This document shows positions 28,042-44,863 of a DNA stretch of 64,000 nt, one piece after another. This stretch comes from Octopus vulgaris (taxonomy: Eukaryota): assembly GCA_951406725.2 (NCBI GenBank), contig OX597836.1, positions 25,296,001-25,360,000 on the forward strand, written 5' to 3'. The stretch's first letter is position 1, and each line of letters opens with the position of its first letter. Under the pieces are notes generated by a model. The model had not been told where the DNA came from and did no database searches. It saw only the letters and a list, made by a program, of their open reading frames with translations. The translations under genes and the position numbers were made by a program.

Positions 28042-29323
28042 ATATTAATAATATTCAAATAGAAATGTATATTACCAAGTGTGTATTCAAAATTTAGAAC
28101 GAAAATCAATCAGTTATAAAGGTTAGCTTTAATGCTCAAATGCTTGTAGAACGTTATTCATGTGTACAAGATATCATTTAGTATAGGTGATTTGTATAAA
28201 ATCATGCTAAAAGGAGGTGTAATAGAGATAGTAATTAATACTAAAGATAGTTTAGTTAGGTAATAATTATGGGGGAGGTAGTTTAAATTAGTGGGGCTAG
28301 TAATTTAAAGAGAATATACATGTATTGTGTTGAAAGAGACAATAAATAGGTTATTTAAATTTGGAGAATATACATTTTCTAACATGAACACAGGAAATGC
28401 TTTTCTCGTTTCTAATATTAAGCAGGTTATTCTTAGCTGAAATAAGAAAGAAAACCTTTTTTATTATTAACTTTATAGGCCTATAAAGTTAATAATAAAA
28501 AAAAAAAACGGTTTTCTTTGTATATCTGAAGCTTTTTAAAATTATAATACTTACAATGAATTGACAAATGAATATATGATCGTGTGATAGTAAGTAGGTA
28601 TATATTCTTATATATTCTTTTTATTTAAAAAAAATTATTATTTATTATTTTTTTTTTACTTGTTTCAGTCATTTGACTGCGGCCATGCTGGAGCACCGCC
28701 TTTAGTCGAGCAAATCGACCCCGGGACTTGTTCTTTGTAAGCTCAGTACTTATTCTATCGTTCTCTTTTGCCGAACCGCTAAGTAACGGGGACGTAAACA
28801 CACCAGCATCGGTTGTCAAGCAATGCTAGGGGGACAAACACAGACACACAAACACACACACGCACATATATATATATATACATATATACGACGGGCCTCT
28901 TTCAGTTTCCGTCTACAAAATCCACTCACAAGGCATTGGTCGGCCCGGGGCTATAGCAGAGGACGCTTGCCCAAGATGCCACACAGTGGGACTGAACCCA
29001 GAACCATGTGACTGGTTAGCAAGCTACTTACCACACAGCCACTCCTGTATAGATACGATTTTCTCTTTTTTCAGATACAAATTACATATATAATTTAATT
29101 TATCACCTCATTCATATTGCACTTTATTAAATATTATAATTGATTCTTCAGTCTCCATTTATTTACCCTTCTTTACCCTACTTATATTTGTATAATATAT
29201 CTTACCCATTACGAACCTTTTACCCCCTACCTGCCTAGACATATACCATTACTAATTATAAATAGTAATCATTCAGTCTGCTGTGATGATTCAGACAACT
29301 AACACATAATATTTATTCCTTCC

Positions 29324-29402
29324 CTCTATGAAGAAATTATCTCAGAAATATGATTTTAATATCTTCTAATTTCACTTTGCTTAATTGAAACAGCTGCAAG
29401 AG
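29324..29402 (+). ncRNA. Decayed hammerhead motif
   Basis: CUCU-AUGAAGA-AAUUA...UAAUU-GAAA-CAGCUGCA-AGAG, with two core substitutions. Confidence 0.45.
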
Positions 29403-29716
29403 ATAATGATCGATTTTTGCTGATAGTAAACCCTTATCAACTTCAATATCTCCCGTTCTTTATGATATTTGCTTTGTTTCCCATTTGTGTCTTTCGTTGT
29501 TCGAAAGAATAATTCAGGTTCTTCGTACTTTTCTGTTTTACACGTTTCATGACGTCCTGTGCCCATATATGCATATAAAAATATATATAGATAAAGTATG
29601 TATATATGCATATGTATATATATATATATATTATATTATCATATGATTGAACGTCACGCATCCTCTTCCAAGTATATATAAGTGTGTGTGTGCGTGTGTG
29701 TGTGTGTATGTTTATT

Positions 29717-29796
<80 letters not shown>

Positions 29797-30477
29797 CTTT
29801 ATTGCCCACAAGGGGCTAAACATAGAGGGGACAAACAAGGACAGACAAAGGGATTAAGTCGATTACATCGACCCCAGTGCGAAACTGGTACTTTATTTAT
29901 CGACCCCGAAAGGATGAAAGGTAAAGTCGACGTCGGCGGAATTTGAACTCAGAACGTAACGACAGACGAAATACCGCTAAGCAATTTCGCCCGGCACGCT
30001 AACGAGTTTGCCAACGTTTGTGTGAGTATGTGTGTGTGTATGTTTATGTACATATATAAATTATACATATGTATGTGTGTCTATATCTGTATGTGTGTGA
30101 GGGCGCATGTATGTGTATACATGTACAAGAAATGTTAAAGAATACAATAGCGTTAAAAAGAAGCTACAAATGCATTTTAAGACTGGAAGAATTAACTTTT
30201 AGCATGCTGCCTTTTTTTATTTTCAAATGATAAAAGAACGTTCCAGCTGTGACCATCTTGCCTTTTAATTAAATATTGTATCTAAGAATGCATTATCCAA
30301 CATCTACACTTTTAAAGACAGTACGATGCGATTTGAGGGAGATTTGGCTTCTATTTCTAGCAGGTTGAGCAACCAGCAGAAACTCTCTAAGCTGGTTGTT
30401 GGTGACGTCATTGCTGGTAGTGGTGATGGTGGTGGTGGGAGGGTAATGATGATAGCGGAATCGTTTTCTGTGAAGTT

Positions 30478-30505
30478 TTTATTTTGTATTTTAATTTATT
30501 TTATT
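30478..30505 (-). terminator. Clustered polyadenylation signals for the proximal terminal exon
   Basis: TTTATT on + (AATAAA on -) at 30478-30483, 30495-30500 and 30500-30505, about 70-100 nt after the stop. The AT-rich context makes chance matches possible. Confidence 0.5.
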
Positions 30506-30576
30506 TTTTTCTCATATGATTCCCTATAAATATTCACCATAACTTTTTATCGAAGACAAGTCCAATGGGTTGATTT

Positions 30577-30666
30577 TTATGAATCCGCTCCTTCTTTGAG
30601 TCCTTTAAGATCCCAGACGCGTAGCGATCCGTCGTAAGAGCCGGAGAATAACTTCTGGTCAACGAC
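30577..30666 (-). CDS. WDR86: Proximal terminal exon of the WDR86-like gene: [29 protein letters not shown]
   Basis: Acceptor cttcactgccagttAG at 30668-30667, phase 0. It completes the last WD repeat ([12 protein letters not shown]) and stops at TAA 30579-30577. AATAAA hexamers follow on the minus strand at about 30478-30505. Too short for the ORF track. Confidence 0.85.
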   Translation of the reverse strand, partial: VVDQKLFSGSYDGSLRVWDLKGLKEGADS

Positions 30667-30875
30667 CTAACTGGCAGTGAAGCAAAGAGCGTGTTTTATT
30701 GCACAACGACAGAAAAGGGTGCAAGTGAGAGGAGAAAATGAAAAGAGAAGAAAGAAAGAAAAGAAAAAGAAGAAGAATTAGAAATTCGTTAATTTGTGTC
30801 AGAAAAACATGGAACAAAGCATTTAACAGTTTCGACAGAGGCATAAAAGCAAAATATAAAAGCATACATAAGATC

Positions 30876-31024
<149 letters not shown>

Positions 31025-31067
31025 TATGTGTATGTATATATATATATATATATATACAGACATATAT

Positions 31068-31162
<95 letters not shown>

Positions 31163-31208
31163 TATATGTGTATGTATATATATATATATATACATATGTA
31201 TATATATG

Positions 31209-31239
<31 letters not shown>

Positions 31240-31552
31240 GTATATATACAAACACACAAGTAAGTGGACAAACGAATGAGAAAGTACTCAACACATTAAG
31301 TAAGAGTTACATGTATTATTTAAAACAGTTTGATTTGGCTTGTTTAACCTTAGATTACAGAATGGAGAAACGAAGGAAGTCCAAGATGGCTACTGGAAAG
31401 TGGGATTCCGCCTTGACGAATTGCAGCTCACTTTTCTGTAGCCATCTTGGACCTCCTGTATTTCTCCATTCTGTAATCTATATCTGGACGTGCCAGGTTT
31501 CTGTTAGAAACTCGCGAAACTTTAAGTCACTTGGAACCGAATCAAACTATTT

Positions 31553-31665
<113 letters not shown>

Positions 31666-31804
31666 TATGTATATAGTTCAAATTTACAGAAAGCAAAATA
31701 CGAAGACAGGTGAGAAAACAATAAGCAAGTGTATTAGTTCGATGCTCAGGAAGAATGGAAAAGGCTTTGACGTTTCGAGCCTGCGCTCTTCGATAGAAAG
31801 GATA

Positions 31805-31904
<100 letters not shown>

Positions 31905-31916
31905 ATATATATGCAT

Positions 31917-31959
<43 letters not shown>

Positions 31960-32261
31960 CATATATACATATATATATGCATGTATATATATATAATGTG
32001 CGCATACACATTTATGAAAAGTTAAGAAAAAGCAAAAATTGAGAGAAAATTAACAATGCAATTCTAGATGGCAGAATTAACTTTTAGCGCCGCCCTGTTA
32101 TTTGTTACATAACCTAATATATAAACGGAAAAGTTGTTATGGCTGCATGGATAACATAAGCTGTATAGGCGATAGGTTTGAATCTCGATTGATATTATCA
32201 CCTATTTCTTACTCAATTCAGTTGAGATGCATTACCTTCGTTTGAATTAATTATATATTAA

Positions 32262-32630
32262 CTAGCAGTATCGCCCGTCGTTGCTCGGGTTTGTTTCGAC
32301 CCTTTAGAATTGGATTTGCATTATGTAGTTTGTTATTCTCTTTAAAGTGAACATTTTTCTGGTTGAAATACACCGAGAAATGGCGACACAGCAATCAAAA
32401 AATCGTAAAGAATAGGAATTTTCATAGAAAAAAGCACCTTTTTGATGTAAATAATTTTTGGTGTTAATATGGTCCGATTTGAATTTTTTCGTCTACGGAA
32501 GGAAGAGCAAGCCTTCTATCATACTCTCAATTTTGTCAACTTGCGCCGCAGAGTCTCGGAGGAGATAGTGTTAGTTGAAGGTTACAAAACCTGCCACACA
32601 CAGACAACTTCAGCTTTATATACATAGAGA
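32262..32630 (-). mobile_element. Non-autonomous Helitron
   Basis: On the minus strand: 5' TC start, 3' CTAG end, subterminal GC-rich hairpin, and A|T insertion site. Confidence 0.75.
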
Positions 32631-32636
32631 TTTCAA

Positions 32637-33320
32637 CGTGTATAAGGAACCCTTTTTTGCCAAAAATTAGGTTTAAAAATATGAGAGCTTCTTATACATG
32701 AATAGTATTATAATCCCGTACAACACCTTTATTCCAAATGTTAAGCCCCCCCAAATTAGGGTGTTCCTTATACACGTTAAAATACGGTAAATATACAAAT
32801 ATCATACTTTTACCTCATACCAGTTTGCTCGTCTGTACCTTTATTCTCTTATACTTGTTATGACACTTTCTGTATTCTAGTAGGTACGTAAGAAAGGTCA
32901 GTTTTATTACGCAACGGTGATGTAACTAACCACGACACACAGCTTGAGTTGTGGTGGATAGGTGAGAATGACCAATTTCACGTAACAAAGGTGATGTCAG
33001 TAGACATAAAATACAATGTCAGCATTGTAATGGAAACGTGACACAGATCAATTTTACTTTACAGTAGTTATGTCATCCGCCATGTCATACTGTATTATAA
33101 ATGGATATTAAGTGAGTCAGATCAGTTTTCTTCTTCAACGAAGAACCATCCATGACACGAAGTCTCTTCTGTGATGGATATGTGAGACAGATCAATTTTA
33201 CTGTATAAAGAACCCCCTAATTTGGGGGGCTTAAAATTTGGAATAAAGGCTTTGTACGGGATTACAATAGTATTCATGTATAAGAAACTTTCATATTTTT
33301 AAACCTAATTTTTGACACAA
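32637..33320. mobile_element. Tigger/Tc2-like MITE fragments in inverted orientation
   Basis: 32637-32789 (ends cttatacacgttaaaatacggta) and a reverse-complement copy at about 33203-33320. Confidence 0.55.
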
Positions 33321-34284
33321 ACCTAGCAAATTCGGGAGAAGGGTAAGTCGATTACATCAACCCTAGTTCTTGACTGGTACTTATTTTATCGATCCCGAAA
33401 GGATGAAAGACAAAGATTGACCTTGGTTGAATTATGAACTCAGAACGTAAAGACGGGCGAAATGCTCGCCGCTTTTTATTTGCATATGTGTTTTTATATT
33501 GATTTCGAATTTTGGCAGGGATAAGTTGATGGCTTCAAATTTTGGCTCAAGACCAACAGTTTCGGAGGTGGGAGTAAGTTGATTAATCGACCCCGGTGCT
33601 CAACTGGTACGTATTTTATTGACCCTGAAAGGATGAAAGGCAAAGTCGACCTCAGCAGAATTTGAACTCAGAACGTAAAGACGGACGAAATCCCACTAAG
33701 CATTTTCCTGGTGTGGTATCGATTCTGCCAGCTTGCCGCCTTCTGTACAATTGTACTGTTAACATCCTGTATTGTACTGGATATGAAAAAGAGATCATTT
33801 TTGCTGTTGATGACACTCTCTGTTTTGAGGTGGATAAATGAGAGAGATGCGACCAGCAATGACACACTTTATTTTCGTGAATATTTGAGACATAACAAAG
33901 CTGATGTTACCAGTCACAACATACAGCCTGTATAGCGTTGAATATGTGTGAGTCAAAATAGTTTTATTCCACATAGATGGATGCAATCAACCATGACACA
34001 TTGCGTATATTGCCGTGGTTATGTGAGAAAAGATAATCTTTACTCTTCAGTGATGTTGTTATCAGCTAAGACAAATATCGAAAATAGTAGGAAATATAAC
34101 GATATATCAATTGTGGCTGTGTGGTAAGTAGCTTGCTTACCAACCACATGGTTCCGGATTCAGTCCCACTGCGTGGCACATTGAGCAAGTGTTTTCTACT
34201 ATAGCCTCGGGCCGACCAAAGCCTTGTGAGTGGATTTGGTAGACGGAAACTAAAAGAAGCCCGTCGTATATATGTATATATATA

Positions 34285-34670
34285 CTAGCAGTATCGCCCG
34301 GCGTTGCTCAGGTTTGTAAGGGAAATAACTATAAAGCATTTTTAGAGAGTTATAGCCAAAAAATAGCCAAAAAATGGAAAAAAATGATGGTAAATTTTTT
34401 TTTGAGAGTTAAAAAAGGATGGAGTTGCGTCCCCTAGACAGTTTGTGGTTCGTGTTTCTGATTCTCGACCCCATGTCGAATTTATCGATTTTTTTCAGAA
34501 CTGGGGAAACTTTTCAAAATTTTGGCTGCGTTAGTTTTGAATTATGACATTGGGCTATGTGTGTGTCAAGTTTCATCAGAATCGGTTGAAAGCCGTGGTC
34601 AGGGTGAGGGTACAAGCAAACAGACACACAGAAACACGCACAGACAAACTGCCGTTTATATATAGAGAGA
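34285..34670 (-). mobile_element. Non-autonomous Helitron inserted in the microsatellite of a SINE B
   Basis: Same 3' end as the 32262 copy (ctagcagtatcgccc on +), TC 5' end, A|T site. Confidence 0.75.
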
Positions 34671-35317
34671 TAAAACATTTAGTGAAATAATCCTTTCTAC
34701 TATAGGCACATGGCCTGGGTTTTGTGGGGAGGGGGATAGTCGATAACATCGACCCCCCCAGTACTCATCTGGTACTTAATCCATTGATCCAGAAAGAAAG
34801 GCAAAGTCGACCTTGGTGGAATTTGAACTCAGAGCGTAAAGACAAATGATATACTGCTGGTCATTTCGCTCGGCGTGCTCACGATCTTGTCGGATGACCG
34901 CCTTATGTAAGAAATGATAATGATAATAATCATAATATTACGGTGTGGTAAGCAGAATAAAAGAAAAGAGAAGAGACGGTTGTTAACGAATGAGTAATGG
35001 AGTAGTGACAGATAAGGACAGGAAGAGGTTTCCTTTGTCATAATAGAGTTAAATTACTTGCAAATGATAAGAAAATTGTCGTCAGGGGTGTTTACGATTA
35101 TATATTTACTGATCTAAAGCAACCAGATCATACGTGGTCTCACACACACATCACACACACACACACACACACACGCATGCATACATACATACATACATAC
35201 ATACACACACATACATACAAGCATGTGTATGTATGCATGTGTGTGTATATATGTGCATGTATATACACATACATACATACATACATACATATATACATAC
35301 ATACATACATACATACA

Positions 35318-35353
<36 letters not shown>

Positions 35354-35560
35354 GATATATATACAAACACGCACACACACACAAATCTTTATCATAACAG
35401 CACACGAGGCGGCTACTTGCTAGAAAGTGGGATTAAAACCGTCAGCTAAAATCAGAACAGCTTCAGTGTAAGTATATTATTAAGGATATTCAAATGCGAA
35501 TAACAACAATAATAACATCTTTATAAATATTCGCATTTGAATATTTACTCCTTATTTATG

Positions 35561-36035
<475 letters not shown>

Positions 36036-36044
36036 ATATATCAG

Positions 36045-36830
<786 letters not shown>

Positions 36831-36891
36831 TAAATTCCTCTATTTACATAATATCGAGATCTCTTTCTTTCTTTTGTTATCTTACCATTTT

Positions 36892-36983
<92 letters not shown>

Positions 36984-38603
36984 TAAATGAAGAACGGAAG
37001 ATGGAATATACAAATATTATTAACCACAACAATTGTTTCTACACATCTAGCATCGATTCCTCACGGGTGGGATACTTAACAACTGTTTCAGGAGCATCCG
37101 GCGGTGCAGATGTCTGTGTCTCTCATCGGGTGATAAATAGATACAACTCGTCAAATTAACAGTTCCGCAATGTATCTTATCATTTCGCAGGAAGAAAAGC
37201 AGGAAAACGAAGGAAATGTCTTCATTTATATAGAAAATCAAAAATAAAATCACCGATGTAAAAAAGAAATGAACTCGCAATACAGCGAGAAAAATATTAA
37301 AACTAACCGTTAACAGATAACGCTCTCGTGCAAGTTGCATGGCGCGTGTACACTCGCTCATACAAGCATCTGCGAAATTGTAAGTATAGGCACAAGTGTG
37401 GTTTAGTGCTCTCACGATCACAAAGCGAAACATTGCTATTTGGTGTTTATAAGCATGGGGAGGTTAAAGCTAGACATAATTCATCCATACCTTAAAGTAA
37501 ATTGTTAAGTTCGTTAACACCTTCTAGTCCATTGGTGCAAGGACAACGAAACTCAAACCAGCAACTCCCCTAAAAGCTATTTTTTTAAGGGTCGTCTAAT
37601 TAAGGCCACACTGAACCCCTTATTTCTACTGCAATTTAAATTCATTCCTACTGCATTGTGCAAATGTTCATTTACAGGGACACTTATGTACATTTATGAA
37701 TAGATTTACGTAGGGATCTTGAGATATAGGTCGGTATATATAGGTATGTATGTAGACATTTCATAACAATGTGATTGAGGTCAAGTAGTTTGGTTTGTAA
37801 TAAAATCTACTAAATCCGGTCTGTTACCATAGCAATTTAACGCTATCTATAGCTGAACTTTGTGTCAGAGAAACGAAAAGAAGGTTTAAATAACGTTAGA
37901 ATTTCAGAAATTCAATTCAGGTTAGTCCATTCTATTTATTTTCGAAATGTTCATATGGGTTTGGCGACTGATTATTTTTTATACAAATACAGGAAATAGT
38001 AACAATGATGTGTGGCAACAGTTAACTGCAAAGCAATAAAGATTTAAACGTGGGTTGCTTTTTGAAGTGTCAAGGTTAAAATTAGAAATTAGCAGTTTGT
38101 ACAACATAAAAATGTTAATAATAGAAACTTAAAGAGAAATAAAAGTCGAGGTCATATCATATAAATGAGGAAACTATAACATGATACAATATAATATAAC
38201 ATAATATAATATGATATAATATGATATATGCTATGATATAATATAATATAATGTGAGCTGCTTGGTAGCACTGTACGTCTCTGTGCCAGTCAGAGCACCA
38301 GGCCTTATTTAATTATTGACAGCAGACCACAACATACATAGGTCAGAATTGGGACCCTGGACCCATGTGGCCCCAGGGTAACTGGTCAGAATGACCATAC
38401 CTTAAAATGACTCGGAATATAATATCATATAGTATGAACGCAAGGAGCTCCTTGCTGGCAGTGATCGTAAGAGGGGTAATCAATTCTTGCTTAATTAACC
38501 ATGTCGGTATAGAGAGTTTAAAATTTAAACTGTAACGAAGAAGAGTCTATATAATATAATATAATATAATATAATATAATATAATATAAAATAATATAAT
38601 GTA

Positions 38604-38919
<316 letters not shown>

Positions 38920-39296
38920 TTGGTATTATATCTTATTATAAATTTCGGTGATGTTTGTCTGTCTGTTACGTTTTTAAGTTCGATAACACCTCCTAGTCCG
39001 TTGGTGCAAGGGCAACGAAACTCAAACCAGCAACTCCCCTAAAAGCTATTTTTTAAGGGTCGTCTAATTAAGGCCACTGAACCCCTTATTTCTACTGCAA
39101 TTTAAATGAGATACATAACATTGGCGACCAAATCGGGGCAATGACAATGAATTTCATACCATGAACTCCCAGGGAAATAAGTTTGGGCATTGTAAATACC
39201 TTCACGTACATTCAAATCGAGATAAAGAGTTATAACAGGTACGTTTCAAGTGTGGTAGTGTGGATATTTATGTTTTGTAGTTTATGACGTGTGAAC

Positions 39297-39350
<54 letters not shown>

Positions 39351-39410
39351 GTGTGTGTGTGTGTATGTATTTATGTATGTATGTATGTATGTATGTATCT
39401 ATCTATCTGC

Positions 39411-39475
<65 letters not shown>

Positions 39476-39481
39476 GATCTA

Positions 39482-39628
<147 letters not shown>

Positions 39629-39638
39629 GCCTGCCTGC

Positions 39639-39715
<77 letters not shown>

Positions 39716-40195
39716 GATCTATCTCACTGTATGTGTGTGCATGTATGTCTCTGTGTGTGTACTTGTCCACCCTACCCCACGGCTTGACAACCAGGGTTGG
39801 CGTGTTTATGTCCCCGTAACTTAGCGGTTCGATAGAAAGTACGCAAATAATAAATCCCAGGCTTAACATTAAGTACTGGGGGGAGGGGTGTCGATTTGTC
39901 CGACGAAAATTCCACAAGGCAGTGCCCCAGCATGGCCGCAGTCTACTAACATAATTAAAAGATAAAAGAAAATGTGAACGCAACAGACAGGTGCTTCTGC
40001 TGGTGCTGCTGCTGTTGATGATGTATACATACACAAAAAAATTATCTACTTGAAACTTCAAGTCAGAAACCGGAGCCGGATGTGCGCGCGCGTGTGTGTG
40101 TGTGCGCGTGCGAGTGTGTGCATACATACATAGACATTTCCTAGTTTATCTTTTAAACGTTTCTAGTGTCTCGAGAATTTATTAGGAGTGTTGCA

Positions 40196-40196
<1 letters not shown>

Positions 40197-40226
<30 letters not shown>

Positions 40227-42164
40227 CATACATACACACATAAACACACACTTACACACACATACACACATACACATATACTTACACACATACATGCATA
40301 CATACATACATACATACATACATGCATACATACATACATGCATACATACATACATACATACATACATACATACATACATACATACATACACACTTACACA
40401 CGCATACACACATACTTACACACATACGTATATACAAACTTGCATACACACATACATACATATATATACTACATATGTACAAACTTGCATACATGCATAC
40501 ATACATGCATACATACATGTATACATACACACACATATACATACATACATACATACATACATACATACATACATACACACACACTTACACACACATACAC
40601 ACATACTTACACACATACGTATATACAAACTTGCATACACACATACATACATATATATACTACATATGTACAAACTTGCATACATGCATACATACATACA
40701 TGTATACATACACACACATACATACATACATACATACATACATACATACATACACACAAACTTACACACACATACACACATACTTACACACATACGTATA
40801 TACAAACTTGTATACACACATACATACATACATATACTACATATGTACAAACTTGCATACATGCATACATACATGTATACATACACACATACATATATAC
40901 ACATACATAAATACATACATACATACACACACACTTACACACACATACACACATACTTACACACATACGTATATACAAACTTGCATACACACATACATAT
41001 ATATATACTACATATGTACAAACTTGCATACATGCATACATACATGTATACATACACTCATGCATACATACACACATACATACATACATACATACACACA
41101 CACTTACACACACATACACCCATACTTACACACATACATATATACAAACTTGCATACACACATACATACATACATATATATACTACATATGTACAAACTT
41201 GCATACATGCATACATACATGTATACACACACACATACGTACATACATACATACACACAACATACATACATACATACACACACACTTACACACACATACA
41301 CACATACTTACACACATACGTATATACAAACTTGCACACACATACATACATATATATGCTACATATGTACAAACTTGCATACATGCATACATACATTTAT
41401 ACATACACACATACATACATACATACATACATACATACATACATACATACACACAACATACATACATACATACATACACACACACACTTACACACATACA
41501 CACATACTTACACACATACATATATACAAACTTGCATACACACATACATACATATATATACTACATATGTACAAACTTGCATACATGCATACATATATGT
41601 ATACATACACATATACATACACACATACTTACACACATACATATATACAAACTTGCATACACACATACATACATATATATACTACATATGTACAAACTTG
41701 CATACATGCATACATACATGTATACATACACACATACATACATACATACATACATACACACAACATACATACATACATACATACATACACACACACTTAC
41801 ACACACATACACAAATACTTACACACATATATATATACAAACTTGCATACACACATACATACATATATATACTACATATGTACAAACTTGCATACATGCA
41901 TACATACATGTATACATACACACATACATACATACATACATACATACATACATACATACATACACACAAACAAACACTTACACACACATAAACACACACT
42001 TACACACACATACACACATACTTACATACATACATATATACAAACTTACATACACGCATATATACATATATATACTACATATGTTCAAACTTGCATACAT
42101 GCATACATACATGTATACATGCACACATACATACATACACACATACATACATACATACATACAT

Positions 42165-42206
<42 letters not shown>

Positions 42207-42610
42207 ACTTACACACATACATATATACAAACTTGCATACACACATACATGCATATATATATACTACATATGTACAAACTTGCATACATGCATACATACA
42301 TGTATACATACACACATACATACATACATACATACATACATACATACATACATTACATACATACATACATACATACATGCATAATACATATATACATACA
42401 TACATGCATAATACATATATACATACATACATACCTACATACACACATACATACATGCATACATACATGCATACATACATACATACATACATGCATACAT
42501 ACATACATACATGCATACATGCATACTTACATAAATATACATACATACATTCATAATTACACGCATACATTCATACATACATGCATGCATACATACGTAC
42601 ATACATAAAT
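40197..42610. repeat. 2.4-kb (CATA)n-based compound satellite with a higher-order unit of about 170-200 bp
   Basis: The anchor tactacatatgtacaaacttgcatac recurs about 11 times. It is the source of the spurious 565-744 aa ORFs. Confidence 0.9.
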
Positions 42611-43048
42611 AGTGTGGCGAATGCATTACGTATAATTGTATATATGTTTGTGTATGCATCATCATATGTGCATCTATGTATGCGTATATATATGCATGTA
42701 TGTGTGTGTGTGTGTGTGTATATACGTCTAAGTAGTTAAGTATATGTCCGGTCATAGAGTATGTTTAACTGCATATAAATACACTACTGCTCTTTACTGC
42801 AGAGTCTGCTTTGTTTTTAGATATATGATACACTAATATATGGTACACTGACCTCCCCTGTTCGAAGGTTTAATAACGGACGCAGTTTGTGTGTCAATTA
42901 GCTAGCTTGAGGCGATGGCTTCATGGAGCTAATCAGCGACAGCTTTATTCTTATTTTTAAGAATGCCATATTAGTATGGCGATAACTATTAATTTCCAGA
43001 AACGCTGTCGTAATCTCTTTTAAAGAGACTTAGTAATTTTGATATTTC

Positions 43049-43142
<94 letters not shown>

Positions 43143-43145
<3 letters not shown>

Positions 43146-43553
43146 CGCAGGAGTGGCTGTGTGGTAAGTAGCTTGCTAACCAGCCACATAGTTCCGGGTT
43201 CAGTCCCACTGCGTGGCACCTTGGGCAAGTGTCTTCTACTATAGCCCCGGGCCGACCAATGCCTTGTGAGTGGATTTGGTAGACGGAAACTGAAAGAAGC
43301 CTGTCGTATATATGTATATATATATGTGTGTGTTTGTGTGTCTGTGTTTGTCCCCCTAGCATTGCTTGACAACCGATGCTGGTGTGTTTACGTCCCCGTT
43401 ACTTAGCGGTTCGGCAAAAGAGACCGATAAAATAAGTACTGGGCTTACAAAGAATAAGTCCCGGGGTCGATTTGCTCGACTAAAAGGCGGTGCTCCAGCA
43501 TGGCCGCAGTCAATTGACTGAAACAAGTAAAAGAGTAAAAGAGTAAAAAGAGA
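43143..43553 (+). mobile_element. SINE family B, full length
   Basis: tRNA-like head, ccttgggcaagt CORE-like motif, internal (TA)n(TG)n and a (taaaagag)n tail. Confidence 0.9.
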
Positions 43554-43848
43554 GTATATATATATATATTGGTAAAATCGGTAAGATAACAAAAGAAAGA
43601 AAGAGACCTCAATATTATGTAAATAGGGGAATTTATCTGTAGATATATGCGACAATTATTCGGTAGCCAAGATAAAGCTCTGAGTTTCGGATACCGAGGT
43701 GGAAATCCACACCACCATCTCTTCAGTTATCCGGCTATCGGAAAAAACGTCTCGAAATCTTCCAAGCCTTTGATCTTGGGAGTGAATTTCTTAGATTTTA
43801 TACGATAGAAAATATTTTCTATCGTATAAAAAAGGCGTTTTTCCGATG

Positions 43849-43918
43849 GCTGGATAACTGAAGAGATGGTGGTGTGGATTTCCACCTCGGCATCCGAAAC
43901 TCAGAGTTTTATCTTGGC
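43849..43918 (+). ncRNA. Type-I hammerhead ribozyme, intact core; inverted twin at about 43666-43735(-)
   Basis: Same fold as 36729-36797. It lies in the inverted repeat at about 43640-43950. Confidence 0.78.
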
Positions 43919-44035
43919 TACCGAGTAATTGTCACATATTATATTTACAGATATATATATAGTATGTGACCTCGTCTGTATCACTAGCGAATTTTTCCCC
44001 CTGTCTTCCCTTCTCGGGATCTTTCCTTCTCCTAT

Positions 44036-44070
44036 GTTTCCAACGAAGAGCTCCGCTCGAAACGTCAAAC
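44036..44070 (+). ncRNA. Ultra-short hammerhead-like motif with a mutated core
   Basis: GUUU-CCAACGA-A-GAGC(UCC)GCUC-GAAA-CGUC-AAAC. Confidence 0.5.
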
Positions 44071-44181
44071 CCTCCTTCTTCCCTTCTTTCCTGAGCGTCC
44101 AATAATACTTTATTTGTTCCACGTCCTTGCGTTGTTGTTTTTTTGTTTTTGTTTTTTTGTTTGGATTGTTTATCTATGTTT

Positions 44182-44225
<44 letters not shown>

Positions 44226-44467
44226 GTTTTTGTTGCCAACTGAATGTGGCAATCCCAGTAAAGGGAAGAATGCTACTGCTATTTAGCCCCAGGAAACACC
44301 GTTTCCAGTTCGCTATATGTCCCTTTACTGGGACTGCTACATTAAGTTGGCAACAAACCATCACTTTATCGTGCCGCTACTGTATAAATCTCTGAGTGAT
44401 TTGGAAATGTAATATTTCTAATTATATATATATATACAAGCAATATTAAATCTCTGAGCGAGAAGTA

Positions 44468-44863
44468 TCGTGGCACTCCGTCAGTTACGACGATGAGTGT
44501 TCCAGTTGATCTGATCAATGGAACAGCCTGCTCGTGAAATTAACATGCAAGTGACTGAGCACTCCACAGGCACGTGTACCCTTAACGTAGTTCTCGGGGA
44601 AATTCAGCGTGACACAGAGTGCCACAAGGCTGGCCCCTTTGAAATACAGGTAAAACGGAAGGAAGAAGAAAGAGTGAGTGAAAATTGTGGTGAAAGAGTA
44701 CAGCAGGGTTCGCTACCACCCCCTGCCCGAGACTCGTGGAGCTTTAGGTGTTTTCACTCAATAAATACACTCAATGCCCTGTCTGGGAATCGAAACCGCG
44801 ATCCTACGACCGCGAGCCAGCGGTCGTAGGATCGCGTAGGACCACTGGGCCATTGCACCTCCA
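44468..44863 (-). mobile_element. SINE family A copy, 14-bp TSD, inserted into a (TA)n-associated hairpin element
   Basis: TSD ctgagcgagaagta at 44454-44467 and 44864-44877. Confidence 0.88.

Noticed and set aside
40294-42608. Long ORFs of 469-744 aa (HTYI-rich)
   Set aside because: They are translations of a stop-free (CATA)n satellite, open in all three + frames.
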